Notes: generated by a model from the letters alone, not told the origin. A DNA stretch of 56,145 bases, filler included, from Jimgerdemannia flammicorona (GCA_003990765.1; 2 parts of 2 records of this genome joined end to end with filler, not necessarily neighbours in it); one strand, 5' to 3'. Positions 35,180-49,084 are shown, counted from the first letter of the whole stretch. Translations and numbers: made by a program.

Positions 35180-38100
35180 AATAATATAATAAAAGAAAAA
35201 GATGATAATTTGGTAAAAAGAAAATAAAATATAGAGGATTATTACATTCTCCTCTACTTGAAAGAGAATATTACCTTCAATATTTATATTCATAGAGAGC
35301 TTATTGAGTATTCTTAAGATTTCCAACAGATTCTTAAGTACTATTATACTCCAGATGGCCTGTCCATTTGATAAAGTACTTAGTATAATTATAATATATA
35401 TATTTGTTAAAAATCTTCTCAACTTTATACTTAATATAACTATTAACCTAAAGAGATACTGATGATTGAGAAGTCTAGTTTAGATACTTGTATGAACTAT
35501 TATAATATAGCTTAAGCAGAGAGATATAAAAGACAGGATATATGCAGATAGTCTATAGTAGTATTAACTTATATACTATAAGAGATACTTGTTTAAGTAT
35601 CTCATAAAGACCAATATATCTTGCTTAGAGTTTCTTAGAAGAGCAGTTGACTTGAGATGCTAAATTAAGATTTATAGTAAATAAGAGTACTTAATTACCA
35701 ATTTTGAATTTGATCTTCTATCTCTTAGTATTAGTATATTTGGCTTATCATACATATCTGGATCTTGAGCAAGTTATCTTTAATAACTTGAATCATTGTA
35801 GCTATATTATAAATGAGATCTTAAGTGATAGAAACTTTAGAGAGTTCTTTTCTAACTTAAGCAAGTAGGTTGGATGGAGTATATACATATCTTAATTATA
35901 TAGTAACTTGAAAGATATAAAGTCTATTGAGACTTATACTGAGTTGTTATAGGTAAACTTAGCAAAGATAAGATATTATTCCTAATTATTTTATTTATAA
36001 GAAACATAGTTTCTTAGTATCTGCTCAAGGGTCTGGTTTGCTTGCTTAGTTTATCCATTAGTTTGTAAGTAGTATGCTATGCTTAGAGCTTATTGGGCTC
36101 CAAGTGTCTTGAATAATATCTGTCAGAAATAACTTGTGAATTTTAGATCTCAATTACTAATTGTGATCTTTAGAAGACTATAATTTCAAAAGATTGTCTT
36201 GAAGAATATTTGAATAGTCTCAGGGATAGTGACATTGGTCTTGATTAGTTCCATCTTAATAGTCTTAGTGAGGTGGTCAATAAAGATAATAATAGTATTA
36301 TTTTCTTGAGATATCTTAAGCAGTTGGATAATAAAGTCTATTATAACCTACTTTTATTTAGTAGCTAGAACTGAGAGAGGCTGGAGTAGACCATATGGCT
36401 GTGATTTTAATATCTTATTCTTTTGGTAGTAATTATATATAGATATATATTTTTTGATATCTTAGTTTATCATAGGTCAGAAGAAATAACAATAGATATT
36501 ATAGATGGTTTTCTGATATCTCATATAACTAGCAAGAAAAGAGTTATAGTTTTCTTTAAGAATCTTGAAGTAAAGATTGTTAGAGTTTGAAATGTATATT
36601 TTGTCATTCTTGTATATATGTAATTCTGTTAGTAATCTTATACTCTTTTGATAGGCTTGTAAGAATTTCTTTTATAATGAGATCCTGATAGTATCTTTTT
36701 TTTAATTTATCTAAAAGAGTCTTGTCTGGAGTCACTTTGATGATACTAAGATTAGACCTTCTTAATAAGGCATCAGTCACTATATTTATCTTACCTAGCT
36801 TGTAAATAATTTTGGTATTAAAGACTTGAATATACTCAATCCATTTTATTCAATTTGGAAATAGACAGAGACTTAAGTTGAGATATATAAGTAACTTATG
36901 ATCAGTGATGATATCAAAGTCTTGGCCTTTGAGATAGTATTGTCAATTTCATAGAGCCTTATAGATAGCCAGGAGTTTTTTTTTTATAGATGGTATATTT
37001 TTGTTCAATCTCATTTAGTTTTTATAAAGAATATATAACTGACTGAGATTCTTTGCTTGCATCTTAAGATAGTACTATACTGATTATATATTCAGATGTA
37101 TCTATAGTAACTGTGAACTATAGAGCTGAGTCTGAGTTATATAGAGTTGGTACAGTTATCAGTTTTATTTTCAGAGTTTAGAATATCTCTTGGCAGATAC
37201 ATAGAAGTCTATTAAAATGAGTTACTGATCTTCAACAATTTGGTCATGGGCTTAGAAATATCAGAGTAATTTTTAATAAATTGATGGTAATACCCAGATA
37301 GTCTTAGAAATATCTGATATTATAGATATTTATTAAAATAGACCAATCTGAGACTATTTAAACTTTCTTGAAATTGGGCTAAATACTATTGGCTGAGATA
37401 ATATGACCAAGATATTCTATTTTCTTTTTGAAGAATTTGTATTTGCTAAGCTTACAGTAAAACTTATTTTCTCACAACTTCTTAAATACTTATTAGAGGT
37501 GCTTGAAGTATTCTCTTTCTGATATACTGAATATCAGAATATTATCTAAGTAGATGATAACACAAATATTAAAGTATGGTTATAGAATGTCTTATATCAA
37601 TCTCTGAAAGATTGGTAGTATATTGGTAAGATTAAAGAGTATGATCAAAAATTCTATAGACTATAGAATATTTTGAAAACAGTCTTAAGAATATCTTCTT
37701 TCTTAATATAGACTTGATAATAATTAGCCTGAAGGTTTAATTTTGAAAAGATCTTAGCATATAGGAGTCTGTCTAATATTTCATCTCTTCTGGATAGTAG
37801 ATATCAGTTCTTAACTATGATCTTATTGAGAATATAGTAGTTAATATATATTTATATAGTATCATCCTTTTTCTTGATAAAAGAATAAGTATACTATAGG
37901 GTAATTTGCTTGGTTAAATATATCCTTTAGCAGATCTTTCAATTCTTTTTGAAGAGGTTCTAGTTCAGGCTATAATATAGAATATAGTAACTTATGTAGA
38001 TACATATTTAGAGCTTGGGAGAATTTTGATTTTATAATCTATACTTCTTTTAAGTAGCAGTCTTATAGGCAGATTATTTGGAAAAATATTCTTAAATTCT

Positions 38101-40376
38101 TGAATCAGAGATTAGACTGTCTTTGAGAAATCCTTTCTTATTTCTGATTTAAGAGTTATATAATTGCCAAGAATGTCTATTTGTACTTTTTAAAAAGCTT
38201 CTTGAATTAGATTACAGATATAATTTTCACTAATACCTTTGCAGACTTCTTTACTTTTAGTGTGACCTTCTTTTCTTTTTGATTTAGTATGAGTTTGGTT
38301 TTTATCTAATTAATATTAGAGTTGTATAGTACTAATCAGAATTTTCTCAAAATGATATAGTGTTCTTGTGGGGGTGCAACATAGAGATTCAATTTTTCAA
38401 AGTGCTCTTGTATTATATAGGGTAACTTGGCTACCATTCTGTTAATTTAATATTCTTTATAATCAGCTATAGAAATCTTAAACTCTACTTATCATAGTAG
38501 CTTAATAGTAATGATCTTCAGTTTCTTTACTATCTCTTCACTAATAAAGTTATTAGATATATTACTATTAATAAGGATATCTATTTCTTGTCCTTTGATT
38601 TTTCCTTTGAATGGTAGTAGATTGGTGTTAATGATACTAATATTCTCCTTATGGCTTATACTTTCAGTACTTCTAAATCCTTCAGTACTCTAAGCAGTTT
38701 CTTCTAGATTTATAACTTTCTTAATTATTAGTACTTTGACTTATTCTAAGATTAGTTGTACAATCTGGTCTTACTTCTTAATTTCAAAGAGTTATATATT
38801 ATTGTTGATCAGAAGTACTTTGATTTCTCTATAATAGTCTGGATCTATTATCTCTATACCTAGGTCAATATAATGTTTAGTATTAAGATCTAATTATGGT
38901 GAAATCTTTCTATAATATCCTTTAGATATCTGTATGACTAGTCCAATAGCTATAAGTTATCACTGTCCTGCAGAGATTATTATATCTTGAATAGCTACTA
39001 GGTTCAACCTAATTGCTTCTGAAGTTTTTACTTCTAGTATAATAGTATCCAAATATAGTTTCTGAACTATCAGATGTACTTCTTCAATTTGAGTAATGAG
39101 TATTACTATTTTCTTCTTAGTAATGGCTAGGGCCTTCTTTATTTCTATTTTGTCCTTAGTCTTTCTTGAGCATTTAGTAACAATATAACCTTCTTTTTAG
39201 TAGTTAAAGTAGACTTTACTTTTATTTAATTTTTTCTTTTTTTCAGATATAAGTCTTAATTTGATAACAGTATCTAGATCTATTAGAATAGAACCTATAA
39301 TCTTTTTGGGATATTCATATCCTTGTTAGAGTTTCTTGAATTGTTTAGAGAAATAATTTCTTCTAAAAGAGATTGTATCAAAGTAGTTAGTAATCAATAT
39401 TACTTCTTCAATAGTGTTTGGATCTCATAGTTTTACTTCTTGTCTAGTATAATTCTTGAGTTCTCATATATATCTATCAAGCTTTTCAGCTTTGCTAATA
39501 TTATTAATCTTCAAGGCTATACTTATGAAGATAGCAGTATAGACCTTGATTAATCCTATTTATCACAGAGATACCAACTTGTCTCTGATCATTTTTTTCA
39601 AGTTAATGGGCTTAAACTGCTATATAAGTTGATCTTGAAACTTATTCTAGTCTAAGAGGTCTTTTTCTTTATCTCTAGCTATTTGGACTTTTGTTTTCTA
39701 TCAAATAACTGTATTTTCTCATAGTAGTACTCCTATATAAGCAACTGACTTCTCATTTAATGTATCTATTATTACTAAGTATTAGTTCAAATTGAAGAGC
39801 CAGGTTTCAACATCACTACTTCTTCTATTATAGAGTTTTGGTTAGTAATGACTTAAAGTGAGTCTTTTTATTTTTGATAGAGAGGTCTGCTATTGGTCCT
39901 TTACCTTTAGAATCTAATGCTGTCTTTATTGCTTATATCTTTACTTATATTTCTTAATAGGTCTGCATTAGCTGTGCTATTTGTTCTTAGAGCTGTAGTA
40001 TATCCTCTATAGAGACCATAGTGTTAAAAAGGATTTATATTAGTAAGAAAGTGAGATTTAATCTTTTCACTACTATTAATTATAATAAACATATATATTG
40101 TAGAGAATAATTATACTTATTAAAGTACAAGAGTACTTCAATATAGTTAAGTTAGATGAGATCTAAGACTTAGACTATATATTAGTAAATATCCAAATAG
40201 AAATATATAACTAGATTTAAGAAATAGAACTTAAGAAGTTTGATTACTTTCAGGAGATTTAAGTGAATGTACAAATAACTAACTAGACTAAGCTTTATTG
40301 AAGTATTTTGATAGAATATTTATATAAAAGAAATAGAAAGAAGAAGAAACAGATAGAATATTACTAAGCTAGATAT
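35180..40376 (-). mobile_element. Highly decayed chromodomain Ty3/Gypsy relic D (no dUTPase seen)
   Basis: Recognisable remnants: chromodomain KYFIKWTGH (~35330-35400), integrase, RNase H, RT YLDNIL (~37540), gag ETWLFNL (~39790-39815), and PPT at 35247-35257. Very AT-rich; LTR limits uncertain. Confidence 0.75.
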
Positions 40377-41874
40377 TGTAACAGTGACCCCAGAATGATA
40401 ACATCAGCACAGGAGACAGTCTTTCTTTATAAGCCACCAGATCGGAGTACAAGAAGATCATATGGCATATAAGATGAGCAATGATGACCAACTGTGAGTC
40501 ATTGTGACCACAGCACAAGCATCCTGAAGAATATAAAAGAAGGATTAAGGAACCACAGTAGCAGCAACCAACAAGAACCACCAATCTCAAAAATAGCTCA
40601 AAGACTTACCACAAACAAAATGCCTGCTGCCCGCCAAACCTCAAGGTCAAGGAATCATCAAGGTATCTTGGTCGAGGAAAGAATGTTCCAAGACATCAGA
40701 AGAGCCATGAGGACCTACTCAAGAAGGACTCCTAGTGTTAACCTGGGTACTGCAGACCTCTATCACTTCATTCTCTACTGTCGTGAAATGGAAACAAGGA
40801 TCACCATTGCTACCAAATGCCTCCAAATGTGGCAGGAGTACGAAATAGGAAACCTCCTCTGCTGGGAGTTCCCACAGGTAAGCCCTCAAGAGCTACAAGA
40901 TGCCACTCCCATGGACCTATGTGAGGCAAGGACAGTAAAGAAGATCCATCAGATCTTCAGGCATGCACTATGGTCGATCCCCAACTTGGAGTATGTTAGA
41001 GTCTTAGACTTCAGAGATCTGTCATCCTACCATATCAATGTACTAGAAGCCAGGGTAGCTACAGAAGCCCAGTCTACCATCACCCTCAACAGCAAAGAAG
41101 TAGAAGACTTCTGGCACCCTATCTTTCAGGACAACCCAGACCAATTCCTGCAAGAATTGATCTCAGTATTCCAAGGCCCAAGCATCCAGGTTAGATCTCC
41201 CCAAGACCCCACATTTGTCCCCTATTTTGTGGAAGAGAACCTCATAGACTAGAGAGCTCCAGATCTTGTCCCCACCGAACGTGATAATGTCATTGGCGAT
41301 GATGTCATCCCGCACGACATATCTGAAGCATGCAAAGAACACGAAATGCATGACAATAAAGTACGTGAGACATGCAGCCTGCATGATGAATTCGTAGACC
41401 TCATCTTCTTCAGTGATGATGATGATGAAGCTCCTATGGTCCTGAACTTTCTGCTCTAAGTTCTTTGTTACACTGGATAATGCCAGCACCAGTATTCTGA
41501 GGTGATGCAAAATTATTCCAGCACTGACATTTTGATGTGATACTGGATAATACCAGCCCTGGAACTTAGTTGTTTTAGTTATTGGAATTTATATTTAGCT
41601 TTATATCTTAGCAACTATTGAATTATATTTTGTATAAATACCTCTCTTATTTCCTCTGAAATAAAGTCAGTCAAGTTCCGGTTTCACTTACACACACTTC
41701 CTTGCAAGCAATCTAAGAGATAACAAGACAGTTAAAGATAATAAGTTTGAGAACTATAAGACCTTGGGAAGGCACTCCAATAAGAACTTGCTTATAACAA
41801 CTTAAGTTAGTCTAAGAGATACACCTTGAAGAGAATCTGGCATATTTGAAGGACTCAGTGACCACTACATAATA
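40377..41874 (+). repeat. C 5' LTR (1498 bp)
   Basis: Direct repeat of 47576-49084. TATAAATA at 41633-41640 and AATAAA at 41660-41665. Confidence 0.93.
40620..41459 (+). pseudogene. LTR(U3)-encoded ORF of family C, ~279 aa, unknown function
   Basis: ATG at 40620. TAG at 41250 is TGG in the 3' LTR, and the frame continues to ...FSDDDDEAPMVLNFLL*. The second copy (47819-48640) has its stop at a different codon. Confidence 0.85.
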
Positions 41875-41992
41875 ACTTGGTGCCCATTGGCTGGTGATTT
41901 AAGACAAATCCCTCACTTTCAAGCTGAAAAACGAACAACCCCACAACAACTACCTTGACTACAAGAGTCACCCTGCAAGAATTAAAGACAAG

Positions 41993-44900
41993 ATGGAAAT
42001 GTGTCCCTCTACATTCTATAGATATACTACTGAAGAGTCAATCCTGACCTTCATTAAAGACTTTGAACAATTTGCTACTGTACGAGCCCTTGGTGTGGAT
42101 GCTCAATTGGCCCTTCTACTAGTCAGCCTCAGAGGACCTGCCAGAGACAAGTTCAATGCAGCCACTATTGCCGATGCTGGTACAGCCAAACTTGCCAACA
42201 TGAAGGCCTTCCTCAGAACAACATATTATACCGAAGAGATCAAACAAGCTCTCAAGGATCAACTCAATACTATCTGCCAGGGACTTAGTGAAGATCCCAA
42301 CTCATTCTATACCCGAATTTGCCACCAGATTGTCTTGGCTGGCTATGATGATTGCCTCAAGGAACAAATAGTAGATTCAACCTTCCTCAAAGGAGTTCAC
42401 TCTGAAATTGCCCTAGCAATCTGGTCTACTCCAGCTGCACTGACCCTTGATCAGAAAGTGGTCTTTGCACAGAGATATTGGACTGCCAGACACCCTGCCG
42501 AACACTCAATGGAGAAAATAACTGGTATCAAGATGGAGCCATCAAAGCTAACTAGTATCTTACCTACCACAGTTGTAAACAGACAACCAACCCCACCTAT
42601 CCCCAAGACAACCAAAGCTGACCCAGTGGAAGAACTTGCCAAGCAGTTCACCAAGATGACTGCACACCTTGGTAATGTTGTTAGAGAAGTCTGAAGCGCC
42701 AACAGGAGACCAGTGCAGAGATTTGCAGCTGCTACAGAAGAATACAATAACATCACATACTTCAGATGTAGAGAAGAAGGCCACTATGCAAAGAATTGCA
42801 TGACTGAAACAAGACGCAAAGCCCAACCAAGCAATGCTAGCAGAACCAGAGAACAAACCAACACAGTAGTCAATGAGGAGATTGGTGACACTAATGATGA
42901 AGAGTATTATAAGGAGCTCGAATTCTACCCTGCTACTGAAGGTACCAGAACCCGGTCCAAGCCCTATGACAAGAAAAGCAATAGCAAGCCAGTTGGAAGA
43001 CCAAAAAAGACTCCAGCTGTCACTATTCAAAGCAAGACCCAATATGAGAAGATTGATCAAGATATGGAGTTAGACGAGGCTGCCCGCCAAATTATCGAAG
43101 GTACTACTCCAGTCTCAGGAGAAAGCGAGAGCAAGAAGAAACAGAAGCTGTACAAGACCAAGATCTACCAGTATGATATCTATAAGAACCTCAAGGAACA
43201 GAAGGTCAATACCACTTTTGGGCAGCTAGCTGAGATCCCTGCCTTCAGACAGCAATTGAGAGTAGGACTTGCAACTACTATCAAGAATCAAGAGTACAAG
43301 ATTGTAGAAGCTCACAATGCACAAGAAGAATCTGAGAACTCAGGTGAAGAATCCAAAGACCAGTACAAGACATCAGCCTATACCCCCTGCCAGATCGAAG
43401 ACTGTATCTTTGATGCCATCATTGATACTGGTGCTGGAGGATGCCTTATGAGCAAGAAGGCAATTGACCACCTAGGTTGGGACATTGAAGAGTCCACCAA
43501 AATGGTCTATATCATAGCAGACAGTACACAAGCTACCCCCCTTGGCAAAATCCGAGAAGTTCCCATCAAGATAGGAGGAGCTACCATCCCAGTAGACGTA
43601 ATTGTTATAAGTGCCACCAACTATGACATCCTCATTGGCAATCAATGGCTTCACAAGACCAAGACCATCATTGACCTCAATACCCAGAAGATGCAGATCA
43701 ACTACAGAGGGAGAAAGGTACAAGTTTCTATCAATGTCCACAAAGGAGTCCTGCCAGACATGGAGGAAGAAGATGAAGAAGACACAGAGGTCTTCATGCA
43801 CTCGGTAAACAAGAACAAGAACAAGACACCCAAGCTCACAGATGAGCAGTGGTATAACAAGATCATCGATGGGTATGCCTCTCAAGGAAGATGCCCCCAT
43901 GGTACTAGAATGTACTGCTCCGAACACCTGAATGACTGCTGGTCCTGTATCAGTGAAGTCAGGAAAATCCGCCAGCAAAAATATGAGCAAGAAGCTGCTG
44001 AAGCAAAAAGGAAAGCTGAAGAAGATGACCAGCCCCCAGAGCTTCAAGCTGACAGTGATGATGAGGAGAAACAAGAATCAGACATCACTCTCAAGGTCAA
44101 GAAGTTTCACCCTGAAGTCAAGATCCCAGAATACAAGACTGAAGGAGCCATAGGAATGGATCTTGCCAGCATCTAAGATGCTACCCTCGAACCACAGACC
44201 ACCACCCTACTTGGCACTAGAATTGGAGTCAAGTTGCCAGAAAACCACACTGGAATTATCAAGACCAGGAGCAGTCTGGCCAAAAGCAAAATCTCAGTTG
44301 AAGGAGGAGTAATTGACCCTGATTACACTGGTGAGATTTTTCTCATAGTCAGAAATCACAACCACACCACCCCCTTCAAAGTCAAGAAGTATGACAGGAT
44401 TGGTCAGATGCTGATCCATGAAATCAAGAAGCCTAAGATCATAGAGGCCACTGAACTTATCAAGACCAAGAGAGGAGAACAAGGCTTTGGATCTACTGGA
44501 AGAGGAGCCTATGCCACCACCAAGATTACCGAACTTGAGCATAAGAAAGACAAGGACCAGAACAAGCACACATATACCATTGGAGAAAAATTTCCCCTAG
44601 AGGAACAACTTCTCAAGATCCTGCACCAGAATGAAGGAGTACTTGCTACAGACTTTAGGGATATCCACAATCAAGAACCCAAGTACCACCACAAAGTTGA
44701 CACTGATGATACCAAGCCTATCTACCAGAAAGCCAGACCCATACCACCTGCCTACAGAGAGTGGCTGCGAGCCAAACTCAAGGAAATGGAAGAAGCTGGA
44801 ATTATCAAGCAAGCTATCAGCCCCTGGGCCTCACTCATTGTCCTTGCCCCAAAGAAAGAAAGCAAGCCTGGAGAGTTTGCACCAAGACTCTGCATTGACT

Positions 44901-46021
44901 ACAGAAAACTCAATGCCATTACCAAGAAGGATAGGTAGCCCTTGCCAAATATTCAAGAAATCCTTACTACCCTTGGAAGCGAAGCCAAATACTACACCAC
45001 CTTGGATCTGTTCTCAGGCTTCCATCAGATCGGTCTTACTCAAGATGTCAGTGAGAAATCAGCCTTCATCACATCTGATGCCACCTACATCTATCTGCAA
45101 ATGCCATTTGGAATATACAATGCCCCAGCAAGTTTCCAGCAAATGATGAACAGAGTCTTCAGCAACGAGATTGGAAAATGGCTCTTTGTCTATGTTGATG
45201 ATGTAATCATCTTCAGCAATACTGTATGAGAACATGTCAATCATATACAGCTAGCTCTCAAGAGGCTCAAGGAGCATGGCCTCTACATCAAGCCCAAGAA
45301 ATGCAAGTTTGCAGCTTAAGAAATCACCTACCTAGGACACCTCATCAACCAGACCAGAATCCACACAGACTCCATGAAGATCAAGGCTGTTGCAGCCTAC
45401 CTGAGACCCAGAACAACCACAGAAGTCCACGCCTTCCTTGGACTGGCCAGCTACTATAGAAGATTTATCAAAGGATACTCCAACATTGCAGCACCTATCT
45501 ATGAGCTACTGAAGAAGGAGACCAAATTCGAATGGACCAAGGAGTGCCAAGAAACCTTCAATGAACTCAAGACCAGGTTGACCCAAGCACCCATCCTCAG
45601 AAGACCAGACTGGAATCTAGAATTCATCCTGCAGACAGACGCGAGTGCTATAGGACTTGGAGTGGTCCTAGCTCAGAAGAAAGATGGACATGAATATGTC
45701 ATCTCCTATACAAGCTGAGGTACCCGTGGAGCAGAACAGAACTATGAGTCATATAAGCTCGAATGCTTAGTGGTAGTTTGAGCAGTAGACAAGTTCCACT
45801 ACTACCTAGCTGGAAAACACTTCACTATTCAGACAGACCATTCCACTCTTACCTGGCTATTCCACACTCTGAACCCCAAAGGAATATATGCCAGATGGAT
45901 CTACAGACTGCAAGAATATGACTGTACTGTCAAGCACCGCCCAGAAAAGACCAATACCAATGCCGATGCACTCTCAAGGATATCCCAAAACATCCCCATC
46001 AAGACTATTCAACATGAATAA
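41993..46021 (+). pseudogene. gag-pol: C gag-pol: Gag, CCHC knuckle, protease, Cys module, dUTPase, RT, RNase H (single frame)
   Basis: In-frame ORFs 41993, 42713, 44234, 44942 and 45374. Motifs IIDTGAG; GMDL, RSSLA, GGVIDPDYTGEI, RGEQGFGSTG; LCIDYRKLN, MPFG, YVDD; TDAS, ADALSR. Confidence 0.95.
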
Positions 46022-47261
46022 GGAGCTATACTATGGATTAATCAGCTACCTTGGGCAGTGGAAGATGCCCAACCACCTCGAACCCTGGACAATCACCATT
46101 ATCAACCAGACTTGGAAACAGTTTAAATTAGACAACACTACACTCAGAAAAGGAGGAAAGCTAGTAATACCTGAACACAAGAAGTATCAAGTAATAAAGG
46201 AAGTATACGAGCAAGGACACTTAGGAGGAACCAACACATACGATAAGACAAGAAGAACTATGTGGTGGCCCAAGATGGAAGAAGACCTGCACCAATTTGT
46301 CAAAGGGTGTGACAAGTGCCAAAAACAGAAATAAGATCAGTAAGACCAGGCACCTGGATCATCAAGAATTGAGCCTATCCCCTTCCACCACATTGCAATG
46401 GATATCATTGGACCACTACCAGTAACACTATCAGGAAACTGCTATATTATAGTTATTGTAGACCTCTTCACCAAATGGATAGAGGCAGGAGCATTACAAG
46501 AAGCCAATGCCCTCTCTATAGCTGATTTCCTACATCGAGAAATCATCTGCTACTACAAGACACCAAAGAAAATCACAACAGACCACGGCACAGAATTTGT
46601 CAATGGATTCCATGAGATAATGTACCAGAAATACAAGATCCAGCACATCAAGACCACTGTATACCACCCTCAAGGAAATGGACAGACAGAGAGAACCAAC
46701 AAGACCCTCAAGAACATCCTAGCAAAGATCTCAGAGACATATGAGAATTGGGATAACTATCTCTCAACTGCCCTCTCTGTTCTACAAGACATATGATCAC
46801 AGAGCACACATTTTACCCCAAGAGAGCTGCTCTTCAGAGAAGAAGATTCTAATGGAACCTCAGCCACAAATCTAGACCTAACTTGGAGATGGGTTGATGC
46901 AGAAATCCGGAGACTACACCAAATCAGGAAGAAGGCTGAAGATTATATCACTAAGTTACAAGCACTGACAAGAAAGAATGTGGAAAAGAATCACAAGGCC
47001 CTAGAACCCATCCGAATTGGAGAAAAGGTTCTACTGTATCGAAATATGGTAGAAGCCTCATGGTCACAAAAACTGGAGCCCAAATGGGAAGGACCCTTCT
47101 ACATACAAGATATCAAGGGAACTACCTTCTGGCTTAGAAAAATCTCAGGGACCATACTGCCTACCATGGTACATAGGAACAGACTCAAGAAGTACCATGA
47201 ACCTATACAAGAGAAGCAAAACATGATGACTGCCTGCGAGGTTCTAGTCCGCGAATCATAA
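46014..47261 (+). pseudogene. int: C integrase (HHCC, DDE core, GPF), in the +1 frame relative to pol
   Basis: GHLG...CDKCQ; MDIIGPLP, VDLFTKW, TDHGTEF, YHPQGNGQTERTN; KWEGPF. Confidence 0.9.
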
Positions 47262-47575
47262 CAGCATGTCCCATGACCAGCAGGCTATCTGTCTGGACTA
47301 TTCTCTAAGGAATACAGCACTGGCAACTACTCATCCGTGAAGACTTTCACAGTCAGAGGAGTTTGAACCGTCAACTGATTGGTCAAGATCAGAATCAGAC
47401 CCTTGCTCTATATAAAGGGAGCGACCCTTCACCATCACACCAAAATACAAAGGGAAGATGCCAGCCTATAAACACCAGTTTTTGACCCCTTGCCAGAGGT
47501 TATGGGATCAGCAAATTTTTCAGGACTGGACCAATGAATAAGGATGCTCAGGAAGATCCTTATTCAGGAGGAAGA

Positions 47576-49084
47576 TGTAACGGTGACCCCAGAATGATGA
47601 CATCAGCACAGGAGACAGCCTTTCTTTACAAGCCACCAGATCAGAGTACAAGAAGATCATATAGCATATGAGATGAGCAATGATGACCAACTGTGAGTCA
47701 TTGTGACCACAGCACAAGCATCCTGAAGAATATAAAAGAAGGATCAAGGAATCACAGTAGCAGCAACCAACAAGAACCACCAATCCCAAAAATAGCTCAA
47801 AGACTTACCACAAACAAAATGCCTGCTGCCCACCAAATCTCAAGGTCAAGGAATCATCAAGGTATCTCGGTCGAGAAAAGGATGTTCCAAGACATCAGAA
47901 GAGCTATGAGGACCCACTCAAGAAGGACTCCTAGTGTTAACCTGGGTACTGCAGACCCCTATCACTTCATTCTCTACTGTCGCAAAATGGAAACAAGGAT
48001 CACCATTGCCACCAAATACCTCCAAATGTGGCAGAAATATGAAATAGGAAACCTCCTCTGCCAGGAGTTCCCACAGGCCAGTCCTCAAGAGCTACAAGAT
48101 GCCACTCCCATGGACCTATGTGAGGCAAGAACAGCAAAGAAGATCCATCAGATCTTCAGGCATGCACCATGGTCGATCCCCAACTTGGAGTATGTTAGAG
48201 TCTCAGACTTCAGAGACCTGTCATCCCGCCATATCAATGCACTAGAAGCCAGGGTAGCCACAGAAGCCCAGTCCACCATCACCCTCAACAGCAAAGAAGT
48301 AGAAGACTTCTGGCACCCTATCCTTCAGGACAACCCAGACCAATTTCTGCAAGGATTGATCTCAGTATTCCAAGGCCCAAGCATCTGGGTTTGATCTCCC
48401 CAAGACCTCACATTTGTTTCTTATTTTGTAGAAGAGAACCTCATAGATTGGAGAGCCCCAGACCTTGTTCCCAATTTCCCCACCACAGCCGAATGTGATG
48501 ACATCATCGATGACATCATCCCATGCGATATACCCAAAGTACATGAAATGTGTGACCTATATGATGAATTTGTGAATCTCATCTCCTTCAGTGATGATGA
48601 TGATGATGAAGCTCCCATGGTCCTGAACTTTCTGCTCTAAGTTCTTTATTACACTGGATAATGCCAGCACCAGTATTCTCATGTTACACTAGATAATGCC
48701 AGCACCAGTATTCTGAGGTAATGTGAAATTGTTCCAGTACTGGCATTTTGATGTGATACTAAATAATGCCAGCCCTGGAACTTAGTAGTTTTAGTTATTG
48801 AAATTTATATTTAGCTTTATATCTTAGTAACCATTGAATTATATTTTGTATAAATATCTCTCTTATTTCCTCTGGAATAAAGTCAGTCAATTTCAGTGCA
48901 ATATATAATCCCTTGCAAAGCAATCTAAGAGATAATAAGACAGTTAAAGATAAGAAGTTTGAGGACTATAAGACCTTGGGAAGGCACTCTAATAAGAACT
49001 TGCTTATAACAACTTGAGTTAGTCTAAGAGATATCTTGAAGAGAATCTGGCATATTTGAAGGACTCAGCAACCACTATATGACA
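47576..49084 (+). repeat. C 3' LTR (1509 bp)
   Basis: TGTAAC...TGACA ends; preceded by the PPT; contains ORF 47693..48394. Confidence 0.93.

Larger units (their letters stand above)
40377..49084 (+). mobile_element. Ty3/Gypsy element C (full length, 8.7 kb, dUTPase-bearing, no chromodomain seen)
   Basis: LTRs at 40377-41874 and 47576-49084. PBS ACTTGGTGCCCATTGG at 41875, PPT AGGAGGAAGA at 47566-47575. Apparent 4-bp TSD ATAT. Confidence 0.95.
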
